A stretch of DNA of 64,000 nt from Nitrosopumilus sp. Its GTDB lineage: Archaea > Thermoproteota > Nitrososphaeria > Nitrososphaerales > Nitrosopumilaceae. A model generated the notes under the pieces. It worked only from the letters and a program-made list of their open reading frames with translations, was not told where the DNA came from and searched no databases. The stretch is from contig OZ241981.1 of NCBI GenBank assembly GCA_965204345.1, forward strand, positions 992,001 to 1,056,000, written 5' to 3'. Shown here piece by piece: positions 21,327 to 32,674 of this stretch (the first letter of the stretch is position 1; each line of letters opens with the position of its first letter). The translations under genes and the position numbers were made by a program.

Positions 21327-22298
21327 CTATCTTCTTCGGGCTAAAATGGCAATCTGTAATGCAACAATCAGTCCAATTGAGGCAATGATGGGCAGCATCA
21401 ATGCGTTGAGCTGAGAGGACGCCTCAGTAATAAAGTGCACAGATGTCGAGATATCCCCAATGTTCTCATCAATCTGGTTGCTTGCATGATCCAGTGTACT
21501 GTCAAATCCCTGGATTTCAGACTTTAGGATATCAAGCTCGTCTGATGTCTCATGCAGTATAGAGTTTAGCGCGATTATTTGATCAGAGATTCCGCCAATG
21601 TCCTGGCTTAGCACGTTGGTTGCAGCAGAGCCGTGGGATGTGGTTCCCTGGCTAAATGCCACGACATGGAATATGTGGGTTCCCACCTCCTTTGGGGTAT
21701 AGTCTACATAGTATAGTCCCTGGTGCAGTGTCTTAAACGAGCCAGACAGCGGAACCAAGAGGCCCGAGGGCAGGTGCACGTGTGTCGTGTCTAGTAGCTC
21801 AGTAGGGTCGTTTCCTATCAAAAGGCCGTCACTGGTCGTCTGTACAAAGACCCGAATCGGCTGGTCTTTTGCCGCAGTCTCAGGGGCAAAGACCAAAGTG
21901 TTTACAAACCTCTCAACTGTCACATCAAGAAGATCAGTTGAGGATGAGAACTTTACGTCAATCTTTTGTGATATTCCGTCTTGCTCTGTACTGATTACCT
22001 CAACTGTGTACGTGCCGTATGGAAAGTCAGTTGATGGCTCTGGCCAGTTTAGCAGCCCGTAGTTAAAGGAGCCGTCAGGTTCGGTGGCAATCTGATCAAA
22101 CTTTGCAATGGTTTGATCCGGTGCAAAGATCCGTATGATCAGGTTCTCATTGGGTATGCCTGTGCCGTATATCTGCAAGTTGTGTGCAGGCGAATAGACC
22201 TTGCTGTTTGTAAATAGCTCAAGGTCTGCAAATGAGTTGTTAGGCGCATTTATGATTAGGAGTATGATGGCAAATGAGAGGAGAATCTTGAGTTTCAT
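21327..22298 (-). CDS. conserved secreted/membrane protein with coiled coil and C-terminal TM anchor
   Basis: Signal peptide, heptad region, TM followed by RRR. Confidence 0.8.
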   Translation of the reverse strand: MKLKILLSFAIILLIINAPNNSFADLELFTNSKVYSPAHNLQIYGTGIPNENLIIRIFAPDQTIAKFDQIATEPDGSFNYGLLNWPEPSTDFPYGTYTVEVISTEQDGISQKIDVKFSSSTDLLDVTVERFVNTLVFAPETAAKDQPIRVFVQTTSDGLLIGNDPTELLDTTHVHLPSGLLVPLSGSFKTLHQGLYYVDYTPKEVGTHIFHVVAFSQGTTSHGSAATNVLSQDIGGISDQIIALNSILHETSDELDILKSEIQGFDSTLDHASNQIDENIGDISTSVHFITEASSQLNALMLPIIASIGLIVALQIAILARRR

Positions 22299-22438
22299 TT
22301 TGTTTAGTTCTCAATGTTCTCCTAGATATTGCTTCTGGAAAAGTTGTCCACTCTCAAAACTTGCTAAAATCCATTTGGGATTGCCTGTTCCTAGATATGT
22401 TCCTAGAAAAGTTGTGCATAACTTACGTTAAGTGTGAT

Positions 22439-22453
22439 TCAAAAAAAGAAAAA
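22439..22453 (-). terminator. oligo-T terminator after the S-layer gene
   Basis: Long T run on the minus strand just past the stop codon. Confidence 0.55.
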
Positions 22454-22473
22454 AGGGGAAATTAGAACTAGTT

Positions 22474-25400
22474 TTAGCTTACACTTATAGTTGTGCTGAT
22501 TGGTGGTGATAAAGCCGTTGGACTATCAACGGATTCCCATACAAATGCAGATGCTTCGTAAGCTCCTGCCTCAGTTGGGGTCCATGATAGTGATGGGCTA
22601 AATGACTGACCAACAGATAGTGAACCTGTAATCCATGCTAGTGAAACGGTAACACCGTTACTATCTTGAATCTGTACCAAGTAAGCAAATTGCTGATCTC
22701 TCTCCTGACCATTCGTTAAATCGGCGCTGATTTGTATCTGTTGATCAACGGAAACAGTATCTAGACTGTTACCAAATGAATCAATTGCTCTCAAATTATC
22801 AGCTGGTGCCCTCGAAAGAGGTGGCACAACAGTACCGATGAAGGAAGTGGCAGTGATGTTCAGTTCTTGATTAGTTGTGTACGGATCTGGCAGTGTATTG
22901 TCCTCATATCTTGCGGTGACTGTATCACCTTCTGAGACTCTGAGTCTGTGACCGGATGATGAATCGTCAACTGTGAAATGCACAGTGCCTTCAAAAATTC
23001 CGGTTGCCTCATTAGTCTCAGTTACAGTAAGGTCAATACCTCCGGAATCGGAGTCAGACCATACATCGACATCAAGGTTATCTACTGCTTCTGGATTTAA
23101 GTTCATGTCTGGATCAATTATTCTTACAATACCTGCTCCGCTAGCTGGATAGCTTGCTTCAAGCCACTGAGCTTCACCGATGTTCCACCTGATTAATGCT
23201 GAACCGACTACGGTTTCATCCTCTGAGAACTCAAAGGATACTGAAAGACCCTCATCGTCAGAAGCTGGTAGCATTCCATCAGTTGGGCCGGTATTATCAC
23301 GAGATTCTGCACCGGTTGCATCCTCAATAGTACCATCGCCATCTGCATCATGGTTAGAGAATCCTGTAAGGATTACTTCGCCAGTGAAGATGCCTGTGTC
23401 AGTACCAGTTTCAACGAGTTGATAGTTGTCAATAGCGGCATCACGTGTAGAAATCCTTATTGGATTATTCGCTCCGCCGATCTCATCAACTAAATCAGTG
23501 TCAAAGTTGTGATCTGGTGCAACAATGGTAATGTAGACTTTGTCAGTCCAAGTGTATACTTTTTGGTCAAGCTCAACAGTTGCTCCGAAGTTAGAAGTGA
23601 ATACTATAACTTCTACATCTTCATCTTCATCTCCTACATAATCAGAACCTGATGGGCCCCAATCGGTGTACTCTAGTTTGATTTGTTCGCCTCTTTCAAG
23701 GGGATCATTACGCAACTCAGCAGGAATCTCGATGACAATCTGGAAGATACCAGTACTGTCACCTGTTTCTCTGAAATCGATTGGTTCTGGATCAAAAACA
23801 TCGCCGCCACCTTCATTACCCATAGTGATATCTGCGGCATCTGAATCCCATTCGATCAAGTCTAGATCAAATGTCTCAGTAGCATCATTGTCCAGATCAA
23901 AGTCTGGTTCAATGAGTGTCAAGATCATGTCAGAACCAATAATGTACACGTTTTTGTCAGCTTGTAATACACCGTTTCTTAGGTCAAATGTAGCAGAGTC
24001 TGTAACAGTATTTTCATCACCTGAAGCATCAGTAGGATCAGTGTATTCTACTTGGAGAATATCTCCTTGTAGGATACAATAATGACTATTATCACTATTA
24101 TCACTTGGTTCATTGAATCTGCTAAGCTCGCCCGTACCTAACGTACTATTAGTTGTAGATGGTGTGAAGACTGTTGTCTCTGGACAATTATTGCTTTCTG
24201 GACCATCAGTGTATCTAATTGTGAGATCGTATTCATAAATACCGGCATCTGGAGCAATTTCACTAATTGGACCAAATTGTATTGCATGAGCTGGATTCTG
24301 ATCACCGACGTCAATTAAGCCGCCTTGTGCTTCAGGACCACCTGCATAACCTAATACGACTACATCAGAACCTCTCATAACAGAGATCTTGACTGGGCCA
24401 ACATCATCACGTCCGACATTTTCGGCAATAATATCTGCACCAGATGGGTTTATGTCAAAGTCTGGGTCATTCACTCTAATGTGAACAGTTAGATCACCGT
24501 TAGTAATGAATTCTCCCTCATCTATCGCGTCTATTATTCCAGTTGAATGTATTGGGAAGATTGATCTTTCTCCAGGAAAGCTATCATTGTCAAAACCTGA
24601 ACCTACAAAGTTAGCTGGAACACCAAATGGTACCGGATAGACTGTACGATCAAGACTTACTGAACCTGTGTTAGCAGCTACTCCTGCTGAGTCACCAACT
24701 TCAATAATTTCACCAGATGCATCTCTATAGTCAACATAGTTGACTTCGATGTCGAGTCCGGTTACTGTTGCTGAAGTACCATTAACAGTAGGACACCAAT
24801 CGGATGGGATTTGGAAATCACCAACGAATGTGCCTGAATCTTTCTCGGTTTCTCTCAGAGTAAATCTAGTATCAGCAAGACCGCCATGAATACCACTATT
24901 TTCAAGCAATGCTTCACACAGACCACCTCTATTAGTCCATTTGGCATCATCAAAGGTAACATCAAGGAGTCTTCCTTGTGACCCAAATGACAATCCCTCT
25001 AAGTCAGAATGAACATCTTGACCTACTTGATCATTATCAACATCTGATAAATCATCAGTAGTAACAACAGTATAGATATCAATCAGATCGGAGTTTATGT
25101 TAAGATCCAAGTCTTCTAGAGTAATAACTACAGTATCAGCAACCTTGTATGAATCTTGGTTTAGAGATACAATGCCTGAATGACTTATAGCTGCTTCTTG
25201 ATCAGATATTGGAGTAACCGCACCATCTCTACCTAGATCAGCATATGTTACTCTAGGTGCATCTTCGTCAGTCAAATCCTCAATTGCAACAAATGAGGCA
25301 GTGTCTGAGATTGGGCTAATACCTGCAAAGGTACCATCCTCTATGATGTTTAGTTGGTTAACCATGATATATTCAAGTGAACCGTTGAAGGTACTTGTGT

Positions 25401-27639
25401 TATCACCTGATTCTTCAGCTTCAATTCTGATGATTTGGTTTGCAATCCTTTCGGATGCTTGCACACCATCCTCAATGAAACCGAATGAGAAGAAGTCTAC
25501 TACAATTGGTTTATCACCGTCTACAGAAACATCACCATCTGTGAATTGGATTAAGAGTCCAGCTCTATTGGATGAATCTGCGGCAAAGACGGCACTCATT
25601 GCATCATCAATGTTTACATAACCTGCTGGGCCACCTCCTATTATAAGAGGTATGATACTAGTATCACCCTGCAATGATGGAAGTCCATTATCTTGGTTAA
25701 GTATATCAGAGGTGCTGTCGAGCAAAGCGATGTTTACTGAATTAGCCGATGGTGCTAAGCTTCTAAAGTCATAGTTAATGAAATTAGCAGCAAAACCATC
25801 ATCAGTCGTATCAGTTAAATCACTTTGTTCAGTGCCTGTTAAGTGGCCAAAGGTTGCTTCTAAGTCAATTATTATCAAGTCTGCACTAGTTGTAGATGCA
25901 GTACCTTGGATTGTACCAATTTGGCTTACGGAATCAATTGACATTACTGCGCTGTTTGCGTTCACACTACCTGACGGAGTGCCAATATCTAATGATATGA
26001 CATCGCCTACTTCTGTACCGAATTCTTGAACAGTATTTGGATCAGGGGTACGTAGATAAACAAATAAGCTGTCATCACCTTGACGTAAACCTTCACCTAA
26101 TGTGAATGGATCGCCAGTTGATAATGTTGGAACTATAACATCAGGGTTGTAGACATCCAAGTCTTCATCTACCCTAGAGTTTGTGTTCATATCACCATCA
26201 ACTAAGACTAGTGGAATCTCTATACCAGAGTTCCACTTGTCATCGACAGGTCCAATATCAATAGTTGCAAAGTCATAGCCTACAAGAACTGTTTTTGGAG
26301 TTTCGTTGTAATCAATTGAAGCTGAAACACCTCTTCGTGGATTTTCATCAACAATTTGAATTACTGAAACATCTGATTCATCATATGTACTAAATATGCC
26401 AGACTTTACGGTTTGTTCAGTAATTGTTACTGGTTGAGAACCAGCGTCTAAGGTTTGTGTATATGCGTCTCGAGGATCTCCTGGATTTGTCAATACGGAA
26501 TCATCGTTGTCATTTAATGTGACAACTGGATTACCAGTGCTTTGTGCATCAATATCTAATACAAGATAGCAATTATCTTCACACATCAAGTCACGTCTTT
26601 GATCAAAAATATTGCCATAACCATCCACATAATCGTCATCACCCTGTACACTACCATTCTCATCAAAGAGCTGATAGTATATTGCTGGATTATTTGGATC
26701 TGTACCGAATGTCCAAGAATCTTCATCAGTTGGGTCAATGTTTAACCACAAATCAGTGATTGTAGCATGTACTTGTGAGGATGGAGGATAAGTATCTCTA
26801 TCCAACTCTAAACCTGCAAAGTCAGTAACTGAATCAAAGGTTAGTGTTACTGATTGTGCACCACCACCTTTGTTGTATTGGATATTGACATTGCCAGTTG
26901 GGTTTAATTCATAGAGTTGAACAAATGGCCAAAGATTATTTTCGTCTACTCCCGGATATTCAGGGCTATCAAATGCGAATCCGATCTGACCAACACCATC
27001 ATTACCAGGAGCATTTCTGTTTATGTCCTTTGCTTCTCTGACGACATTCATTTTATCGGCTTCATTACGATCGCCTGTAAAGAGATCATCAGGAGTACAT
27101 GAAGGAACTGTATCTGAAGGAATTGTACCTTTACCACTTGTACCAATACTTAATGATGCGTTAGTGCTTGTAACAACAGTTGGAATTGCAAATCCTACTG
27201 TGTCAGGAGTACCAAAGCCGAGAACATCATCACCAGACGCTGCATTACAGAAAGTACCAAAGTCTAACCCAGTTCCGGGTGGACTTGCACCTACTGTAAA
27301 GTCTGCTAGTTGTGCTTGAGCTCGGTCTGCAAAGTAACCATACCAGTTACCGTCTACGGCTTGAGCCATTCTCAGGATCTTTCCGTTTACTGTAACGTCT
27401 GGTTCACCTTTTGACTCATCTGTATCATTGATATCACGATCGATTACGACTACCTCAATTACTTGAGGGCCAGACATGTAGTTGTCAAACTGTGAGTTTT
27501 CTGCGGAGACAAATAGGTTGGCATTGGAAGCAGCATGTGCTACTGGCATTACGCCAGGAATAGCAAATGTCATACCACCAGCAACCATAATTGTCATTAG
27601 TGTAAGACTAGTTATTTTACGTCCTATTTCGTTATTCAT
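22474..27639 (-). CDS. S-layer protein (AOA hexameric S-layer type)
   Basis: 1721 aa, very acidic; signal MNNEIGRKITSLTLMTIM; repeated ETGxxTGIFxG Ig-like motifs; C-terminal SLAWITG...WTP. Confidence 0.9.
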   Translation of the reverse strand: MNNEIGRKITSLTLMTIMVAGGMTFAIPGVMPVAHAASNANLFVSAENSQFDNYMSGPQVIEVVVIDRDINDTDESKGEPDVTVNGKILRMAQAVDGNWYGYFADRAQAQLADFTVGASPPGTGLDFGTFCNAASGDDVLGFGTPDTVGFAIPTVVTSTNASLSIGTSGKGTIPSDTVPSCTPDDLFTGDRNEADKMNVVREAKDINRNAPGNDGVGQIGFAFDSPEYPGVDENNLWPFVQLYELNPTGNVNIQYNKGGGAQSVTLTFDSVTDFAGLELDRDTYPPSSQVHATITDLWLNIDPTDEDSWTFGTDPNNPAIYYQLFDENGSVQGDDDYVDGYGNIFDQRRDLMCEDNCYLVLDIDAQSTGNPVVTLNDNDDSVLTNPGDPRDAYTQTLDAGSQPVTITEQTVKSGIFSTYDESDVSVIQIVDENPRRGVSASIDYNETPKTVLVGYDFATIDIGPVDDKWNSGIEIPLVLVDGDMNTNSRVDEDLDVYNPDVIVPTLSTGDPFTLGEGLRQGDDSLFVYLRTPDPNTVQEFGTEVGDVISLDIGTPSGSVNANSAVMSIDSVSQIGTIQGTASTTSADLIIIDLEATFGHLTGTEQSDLTDTTDDGFAANFINYDFRSLAPSANSVNIALLDSTSDILNQDNGLPSLQGDTSIIPLIIGGGPAGYVNIDDAMSAVFAADSSNRAGLLIQFTDGDVSVDGDKPIVVDFFSFGFIEDGVQASERIANQIIRIEAEESGDNTSTFNGSLEYIMVNQLNIIEDGTFAGISPISDTASFVAIEDLTDEDAPRVTYADLGRDGAVTPISDQEAAISHSGIVSLNQDSYKVADTVVITLEDLDLNINSDLIDIYTVVTTDDLSDVDNDQVGQDVHSDLEGLSFGSQGRLLDVTFDDAKWTNRGGLCEALLENSGIHGGLADTRFTLRETEKDSGTFVGDFQIPSDWCPTVNGTSATVTGLDIEVNYVDYRDASGEIIEVGDSAGVAANTGSVSLDRTVYPVPFGVPANFVGSGFDNDSFPGERSIFPIHSTGIIDAIDEGEFITNGDLTVHIRVNDPDFDINPSGADIIAENVGRDDVGPVKISVMRGSDVVVLGYAGGPEAQGGLIDVGDQNPAHAIQFGPISEIAPDAGIYEYDLTIRYTDGPESNNCPETTVFTPSTTNSTLGTGELSRFNEPSDNSDNSHYCILQGDILQVEYTDPTDASGDENTVTDSATFDLRNGVLQADKNVYIIGSDMILTLIEPDFDLDNDATETFDLDLIEWDSDAADITMGNEGGGDVFDPEPIDFRETGDSTGIFQIVIEIPAELRNDPLERGEQIKLEYTDWGPSGSDYVGDEDEDVEVIVFTSNFGATVELDQKVYTWTDKVYITIVAPDHNFDTDLVDEIGGANNPIRISTRDAAIDNYQLVETGTDTGIFTGEVILTGFSNHDADGDGTIEDATGAESRDNTGPTDGMLPASDDEGLSVSFEFSEDETVVGSALIRWNIGEAQWLEASYPASGAGIVRIIDPDMNLNPEAVDNLDVDVWSDSDSGGIDLTVTETNEATGIFEGTVHFTVDDSSSGHRLRVSEGDTVTARYEDNTLPDPYTTNQELNITATSFIGTVVPPLSRAPADNLRAIDSFGNSLDTVSVDQQIQISADLTNGQERDQQFAYLVQIQDSNGVTVSLAWITGSLSVGQSFSPSLSWTPTEAGAYEASAFVWESVDSPTALSPPISTTISVS

Positions 27640-27739
27640 GTTATTGATTGTTTTCTTAAAAGTTAGTATAAAAGCCTAATGGATGAATTGTCCACAGTTA
27701 TCACATTTTTTGTAATTTTTTTCTCAAATATTGAAATTG

Positions 27740-29420
27740 AGTATAATTTCTGGATCATTGGATCATATTATTTACAGTTAATTTGACAAAGAAGCACTTG
27801 ATCGTCATATATTGTATGCTTTGCGTATAATTTATGAAAAATTTGTAGGCTAGCTTGTGTGCTGATCTCTTTTTCTGACTTGCTAGAATCTTGCAGCTTG
27901 CCATAAAATCTTCTGTGTCAACATCGTTGCCTTTGGGAAATAACGCAAAGTTCCTCAAGCCGTTTATTGTATGCTCCAAAATATTAAAACATCTTTGGTC
28001 GGACTTGCCGATGCCAGTTGCAACTCCCCCTCCCCCCACACATCTTATCAGTTCTGGTAAATTTTGGTGTTCTGTGCCACAGATTACAGATTTAGAAAAT
28101 CTCTGAATTGTACCTTGGGAATTTTTTGATGATTACATTTTGGCAATTTAAGAGAATCATCTCTTGCAATTTGCTGTCAAATTCCGGTGATCAGAATTTG
28201 ACAGAACTCCTTGGCATTAATTAAAACACAGCTGAGCCATAGACAAGTCATCTTTGCAGACAAATTATTCTATTACACACAAAATAAAACGATCAGATAC
28301 ATTTTATGCTTTAACAGCTTTGTGTTTTTTTACTTTTGTTAAACTATGAAATAATAATTTATGATCTGCTTTTTATGTAGACTTACTACAGTGATGCTTA
28401 ATGTATTTTCTATATTGGGATGCATTTGATAATACAAGATTAAGAAAAAAAAGTGTAAACAACGGTTGGTATGTCTTTAGTGTAGCATATCAAAGATATT
28501 GGAAAACCATCAGAGAGCAATCAACTGTATTAAAGAGAGAATTACTTTCACAGTTGATCCCACATGATTGGAAATTACATGCATCAGAGATATGAAATAA
28601 TAGAGAATTTTTTTCCAAGGTTTAACGCTAGTTGCTAATCTTGATTAAAAGAATTTTTTTTCCCAAGGTTTTAGATTTTATTTGCAGTGCAGGCTAGCAA
28701 CTAATCAACATAGAATACTCAAAGACAAGCTTAACGCAAAGCACACCAAAGGCAATGAAATATTCACAGACTTTGTTAGTGGAGCGTTTTGAGCAATCCA
28801 TTTAGAAGAGAGCAGAAGAAACAGACAGTGGATTATTGTTTGCTGATTCAGATCAGGGAATTGCAGAAAAAGAGATCAAGGATTTTGATCTGAAAACCAG
28901 TAGGAAGGGAGTAACGCCATGCAAAGTGCATATATGTTATTGAAGATTCCCATACTTGCCAAATCTCATTTATGGAATCTGATTAAACTTGCAGATTGGC
29001 TGGCATGTGTCATTGATAGACACTACAAGAAAAGATGAAAAATTCAAAAGTTGGTTTGAGAGATTAAAACCAAGGTTGTATCAGCCAGAAGATCAGCTTG
29101 AAGGGTTTGGATTCAAAGAACTTTCAGATTATAAAAAATAATATCGGAAAGAGGATCCGCACAGATGCAGATTACGTCATCCCCTAAAATCGCACAGGTG
29201 CGATCTTACTATGCTAACGCTGATTTACTATATACGACCTTGGATAGTCACGCTTTAACTCAAGAGTTTCAGGCTAGTGACAAGCTTGGAGGCTGTAATC
29301 GTCAAAAAATCTCAAAGTGCAATTCATAGATTTTCTAAATCTATGATTTATGGCATGGAACATCAAAATTTGCCAGAACACATATTGGATGAGTTATGCA
29401 ACAGAGCACTAAAATCTACC
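27740..29420. pseudogene. decayed accessory region with two divergent remnants of the same gene family
   Basis: No long ORF; an ~84-bp segment occurs at 28051-28134 (-) and 29297-29379 (+), and again at 47941-48023. Confidence 0.5.
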
Positions 29421-29453
29421 ACACATCCTTTATGACAACAGGATTTACGACAA

Positions 29454-30836
29454 CTAACAGATCTCTTTTCCCAGCAAAGACTTGTACAGTGATATTGCAT
29501 CAGACTCGTCTTTTGGACCCACGACCACAGCAGAGCCCCTCTTCATAAAGTTTACAGACGCGTCATTTGTCCTCAGAGACAGTCCAAGCTCGCCCTGATT
29601 CTCAACTGTAAATCCCTTTTCTTCTCCTGCTGCAGTAACGACGCCAACATCAAGGTCAAATGTCTGGGTTGGCGTAATGGCAAAGGTTCTCTTGCCGCCG
29701 TTGCGTCCGCACAGTTCCTCTAAAATCAGCTCTTCTTCTTTTGTGTCATCTTTCTCTTTTTGTACAGCGTCAATCTTTGCTGTACCACATATGGGACACT
29801 CTTCGGCCCGGAACGTTCTGGTGCTGTTAAAGTCAAGATTCTCCAGATCAATGTGCAGTATTCTTGCAGAAAGGTTGGGGGTTTTGCCAAGAATTATTTT
29901 GACAGCTTCTGCAACCTCGACTGCGCCGACAATTGAGAGTATGGGGGGATGAACGCCCTCTATGCTGCATGTGGGCATCGAGTCCTCATCAAGGGAGGGA
30001 AACATGCAATAGTAGCATGCGGACTTTTTTGGCAAAACCGTAAATGCCTGCCCGGATGTTCCAACTGCAGCTCCTGTAACAAAGGGGATCTCATGATTAA
30101 CACACGCCTTGTTTAGTGCGTATCTTGCATTGACACTGTCTAGGGCATCAACTATGACATCGCATCCATTGATTACCTCAGGTGCTGTGTGATCATTGAC
30201 AGATACGGCCAGAGACTCTATCTTGCAATCAGGATTTAGTTTCCGCAGTTTCTTTGCAGCAGCTTCGACTTTGACCTGTCCTACGTCATCCTCATCAAAC
30301 ATCATCTGCCTGTGCAGGTTGGATAGCTCAACTACGTCCCGGTCAACGATACGCAGTGTCCCAACTCCCATCGTAGCCAATCTGGATATAATTGGGTGTC
30401 CCAGACCGCCTGTTCCAACAACGCAGACCTTGGCGTTTTTTAGCTTTAATTGTCCTCCGTATCCTATTTCCTCAAGCATTACCTGCCTTGAGAACCTGTC
30501 AAGCTCCTTTGCAGATAGTTCTTGGGAGCTATTACCATCAGCTGTGCCACCACTACTCCCACCTGCAACTGCAGGCAATATGTAGACCACATCACCGTCA
30601 TTTAGTACAGTATCCATTCCATCAGAAAACTTTGCATTCTTGCCATTGATATAGATGTTAATCAGCGAGCGGGGGGTGCCGCTGTCATCCTCCAATACCC
30701 TGCGCTTAAAGTCATCTCCCATCATCTCAGATACCTTGAGAAACGCATCTGCAAGGGAATCAGCAGAGACGTCTGCCTTCTTCTCGCCGCCGCCATGATT
30801 CAGTACGGATGGAATGGTAAATACGATATCTGCCAT
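29454..30836 (-). CDS. MoaD/SAMP ubiquitin-like domain fused to ThiF/MoeB (E1-like) adenylyltransferase
   Basis: N-terminal INIYING...DGDVVYILPAVAGG; then RFSRQ, GTGGLG, DVVELSNLHRQ, CYYC...CPIC. Confidence 0.9.
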   Translation of the reverse strand: MADIVFTIPSVLNHGGGEKKADVSADSLADAFLKVSEMMGDDFKRRVLEDDSGTPRSLINIYINGKNAKFSDGMDTVLNDGDVVYILPAVAGGSSGGTADGNSSQELSAKELDRFSRQVMLEEIGYGGQLKLKNAKVCVVGTGGLGHPIISRLATMGVGTLRIVDRDVVELSNLHRQMMFDEDDVGQVKVEAAAKKLRKLNPDCKIESLAVSVNDHTAPEVINGCDVIVDALDSVNARYALNKACVNHEIPFVTGAAVGTSGQAFTVLPKKSACYYCMFPSLDEDSMPTCSIEGVHPPILSIVGAVEVAEAVKIILGKTPNLSARILHIDLENLDFNSTRTFRAEECPICGTAKIDAVQKEKDDTKEEELILEELCGRNGGKRTFAITPTQTFDLDVGVVTAAGEEKGFTVENQGELGLSLRTNDASVNFMKRGSAVVVGPKDESDAISLYKSLLGKEIC

Positions 30837-30838
30837 TA

Positions 30839-32050
30839 TCAAACTACCGCCGAGATCTCAGATATGTCTGCCTTCATGGTCTGGGGCTTTTCCAATACCT
30901 GCATTACTGATTCAGTTGCCTTTAGACCGTTACCGGTAACATAGCATACGACCCTTTCATTTGCGTCAATCCTTCCCTGCTCTGCCATCTTCTGAAGGAC
31001 AGATACGGACACGCCTCCTGCAGGCTCTGTAAATATACCCTCAGTCTGTGCAAGTAATAGTATGGCATCAAGAATTTCCTGGTTGCTTGATTCCTCTGCA
31101 AACCCGTTGTACTGCTGCAGGCGCCTTAGAACGTATCTGCCATCGCCAGGATCGCCTATTGCTAAGCTTTTTGCAACAGTATCAGGATTTTCAACCGGAG
31201 TTACCTCCTTGCTATTATTTTTGAATGCCTCAACTACTGGCGCACATCCCTGCGGCTGTGCTGCAGTCATGTGTATGTTTGAAATATCATCAAATAGTGA
31301 AACGCTTTGTAACTCCTCAAATCCCTTGCATATGGCATTTAGCATCGCGCCGCTGCCGACTGGAACTATCACATGGTCTGGAACCTGCCAGCCAAGCTGC
31401 TCGGATACCTCAAATGCAAAGGTTTTGGAGCCTTCCACATAGTGGGAGCGCAGGTTGATGTTTACTATGCCGATTCCCCTGCTGTCACCGATTTGTGCGG
31501 CAATCCTGTTTGCATCATCGTACGTTCCATCAATTGCAATGTAATTTGCGCCATAGGATAATGCCTGTGCGATCTTTGCCATCTCAATGTTGCTTGGGGC
31601 AAACACGTGGCAGGGCAGTCCTGCCTTGGCTGCATGCGCAGCAGTTGCAGAAGCTAAATTGCCAGTGGATGCGCATCCCACAGCAGATAGTCCCAGTTCC
31701 TTTGCCTTTGATATTGCAACGCCTGCAGGCCTGTCCTTAAATGAAAATGTCGGGTTTACAGAGTCATTTTTGATGTAAAGGTTCTTCAGTCCCAGCTTTT
31801 CTCCCAAGGTATCAGCCTTGATGAGGGGAGTCATGCCCGCCCCAATGCTTACGATATTGGACTTGCTCTCTATTGGCAATAGTTCAAAGTATCTCCAGTA
31901 GGTCTGCTGACGATTTGCAAAGGTATCCCTAGTTATTGGTGTATAGTCATACTTTACGTCTAGTGGTCCAAAACACTCATCACATACATATCTAAAGTCA
32001 GCATCATACTCTTTTTTGCACTCTCTGCATTGCAATGATGTTCTAGTCAA
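30839..32050 (-). CDS. thrC: threonine synthase-family PLP enzyme
   Basis: N-terminal CxxC...CxxC, NPTFSFKDR, ASTGN, EGSKT, VPVGSG, EPAG, TGNGLK. Confidence 0.85.
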   Translation of the reverse strand: MTRTSLQCRECKKEYDADFRYVCDECFGPLDVKYDYTPITRDTFANRQQTYWRYFELLPIESKSNIVSIGAGMTPLIKADTLGEKLGLKNLYIKNDSVNPTFSFKDRPAGVAISKAKELGLSAVGCASTGNLASATAAHAAKAGLPCHVFAPSNIEMAKIAQALSYGANYIAIDGTYDDANRIAAQIGDSRGIGIVNINLRSHYVEGSKTFAFEVSEQLGWQVPDHVIVPVGSGAMLNAICKGFEELQSVSLFDDISNIHMTAAQPQGCAPVVEAFKNNSKEVTPVENPDTVAKSLAIGDPGDGRYVLRRLQQYNGFAEESSNQEILDAILLLAQTEGIFTEPAGGVSVSVLQKMAEQGRIDANERVVCYVTGNGLKATESVMQVLEKPQTMKADISEISAVV

Positions 32051-32153
32051 GATCAGTATTTCCCTGTATAGTATAGATAAAAAATCCTAATATCAAGTTA
32101 AGTATTACTTAATTTTAACGAATAAAAATATAATGAAAAGTTACGCTGGCACA

Positions 32154-32214
32154 TTAAGGATGTTTTAGTGGATTATGAGGTCTTGATTGGCTGTAAGGTG
32201 ACAGGTAGATGATA
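32154..32214 (+). repeat. 61-bp perfect direct repeat, copy 1
   Basis: ttaaggatgttttagtggattatgaggtcttgattggctgtaaggtgacaggtagatgata, identical at 33918-33978. Confidence 0.95.
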
Positions 32215-32270
32215 TGACCAATGCAAAAATATCTAGGCACAATGCAATTTTTATAAAAAATAACGATCTT

Positions 32271-32672
32271 TCAATGTTTAGTATCTTCAGGATTTGTTGA
32301 CCAGGGTTCTATAGTGTATGTTTCATTTTTTCCATCTATTTGCAAATTCCATAAGTTGATTAGATCTCTTCCCAAAAGAACATAGTTCCTTGGCATTGCC
32401 ACAACTTCAAAACTATCAAATTTTATATTTCCTATTTGAATACTTACAAAATAATTGAGATGGGTTGTTAGGATTCCATTTACACCTTGTACAGTTGATT
32501 CCCTTGTCTTTTTTAGCTTTAGAGTATTTACAAGATAATCTGGAATTACTGTGCGATCTGCACCTGTATCTATTTTTCCTTTTTCAGGAAAATGATCTCC
32601 AAATTTGCTCCATACAAAAAGATCTACAACCAATGAACTAGGATTCTCTGTTTTACTGTGATTGAATTTCAA
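32271..32672 (-). CDS. retropepsin-like (clan AA) aspartic protease
   Basis: IDTGA catalytic motif, VQGVNG flap, LLGRDLI. Confidence 0.88.
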   Translation of the reverse strand: MKFNHSKTENPSSLVVDLFVWSKFGDHFPEKGKIDTGADRTVIPDYLVNTLKLKKTRESTVQGVNGILTTHLNYFVSIQIGNIKFDSFEVVAMPRNYVLLGRDLINLWNLQIDGKNETYTIEPWSTNPEDTKH

Positions 32673-32674
32673 TG

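Noticed and set aside
15089-27679. Many plus-strand ORFs opposite petB, the S8 protease and the S-layer gene
   Set aside because: Antisense shadow ORFs of well-supported genes, with no recognisable motifs.
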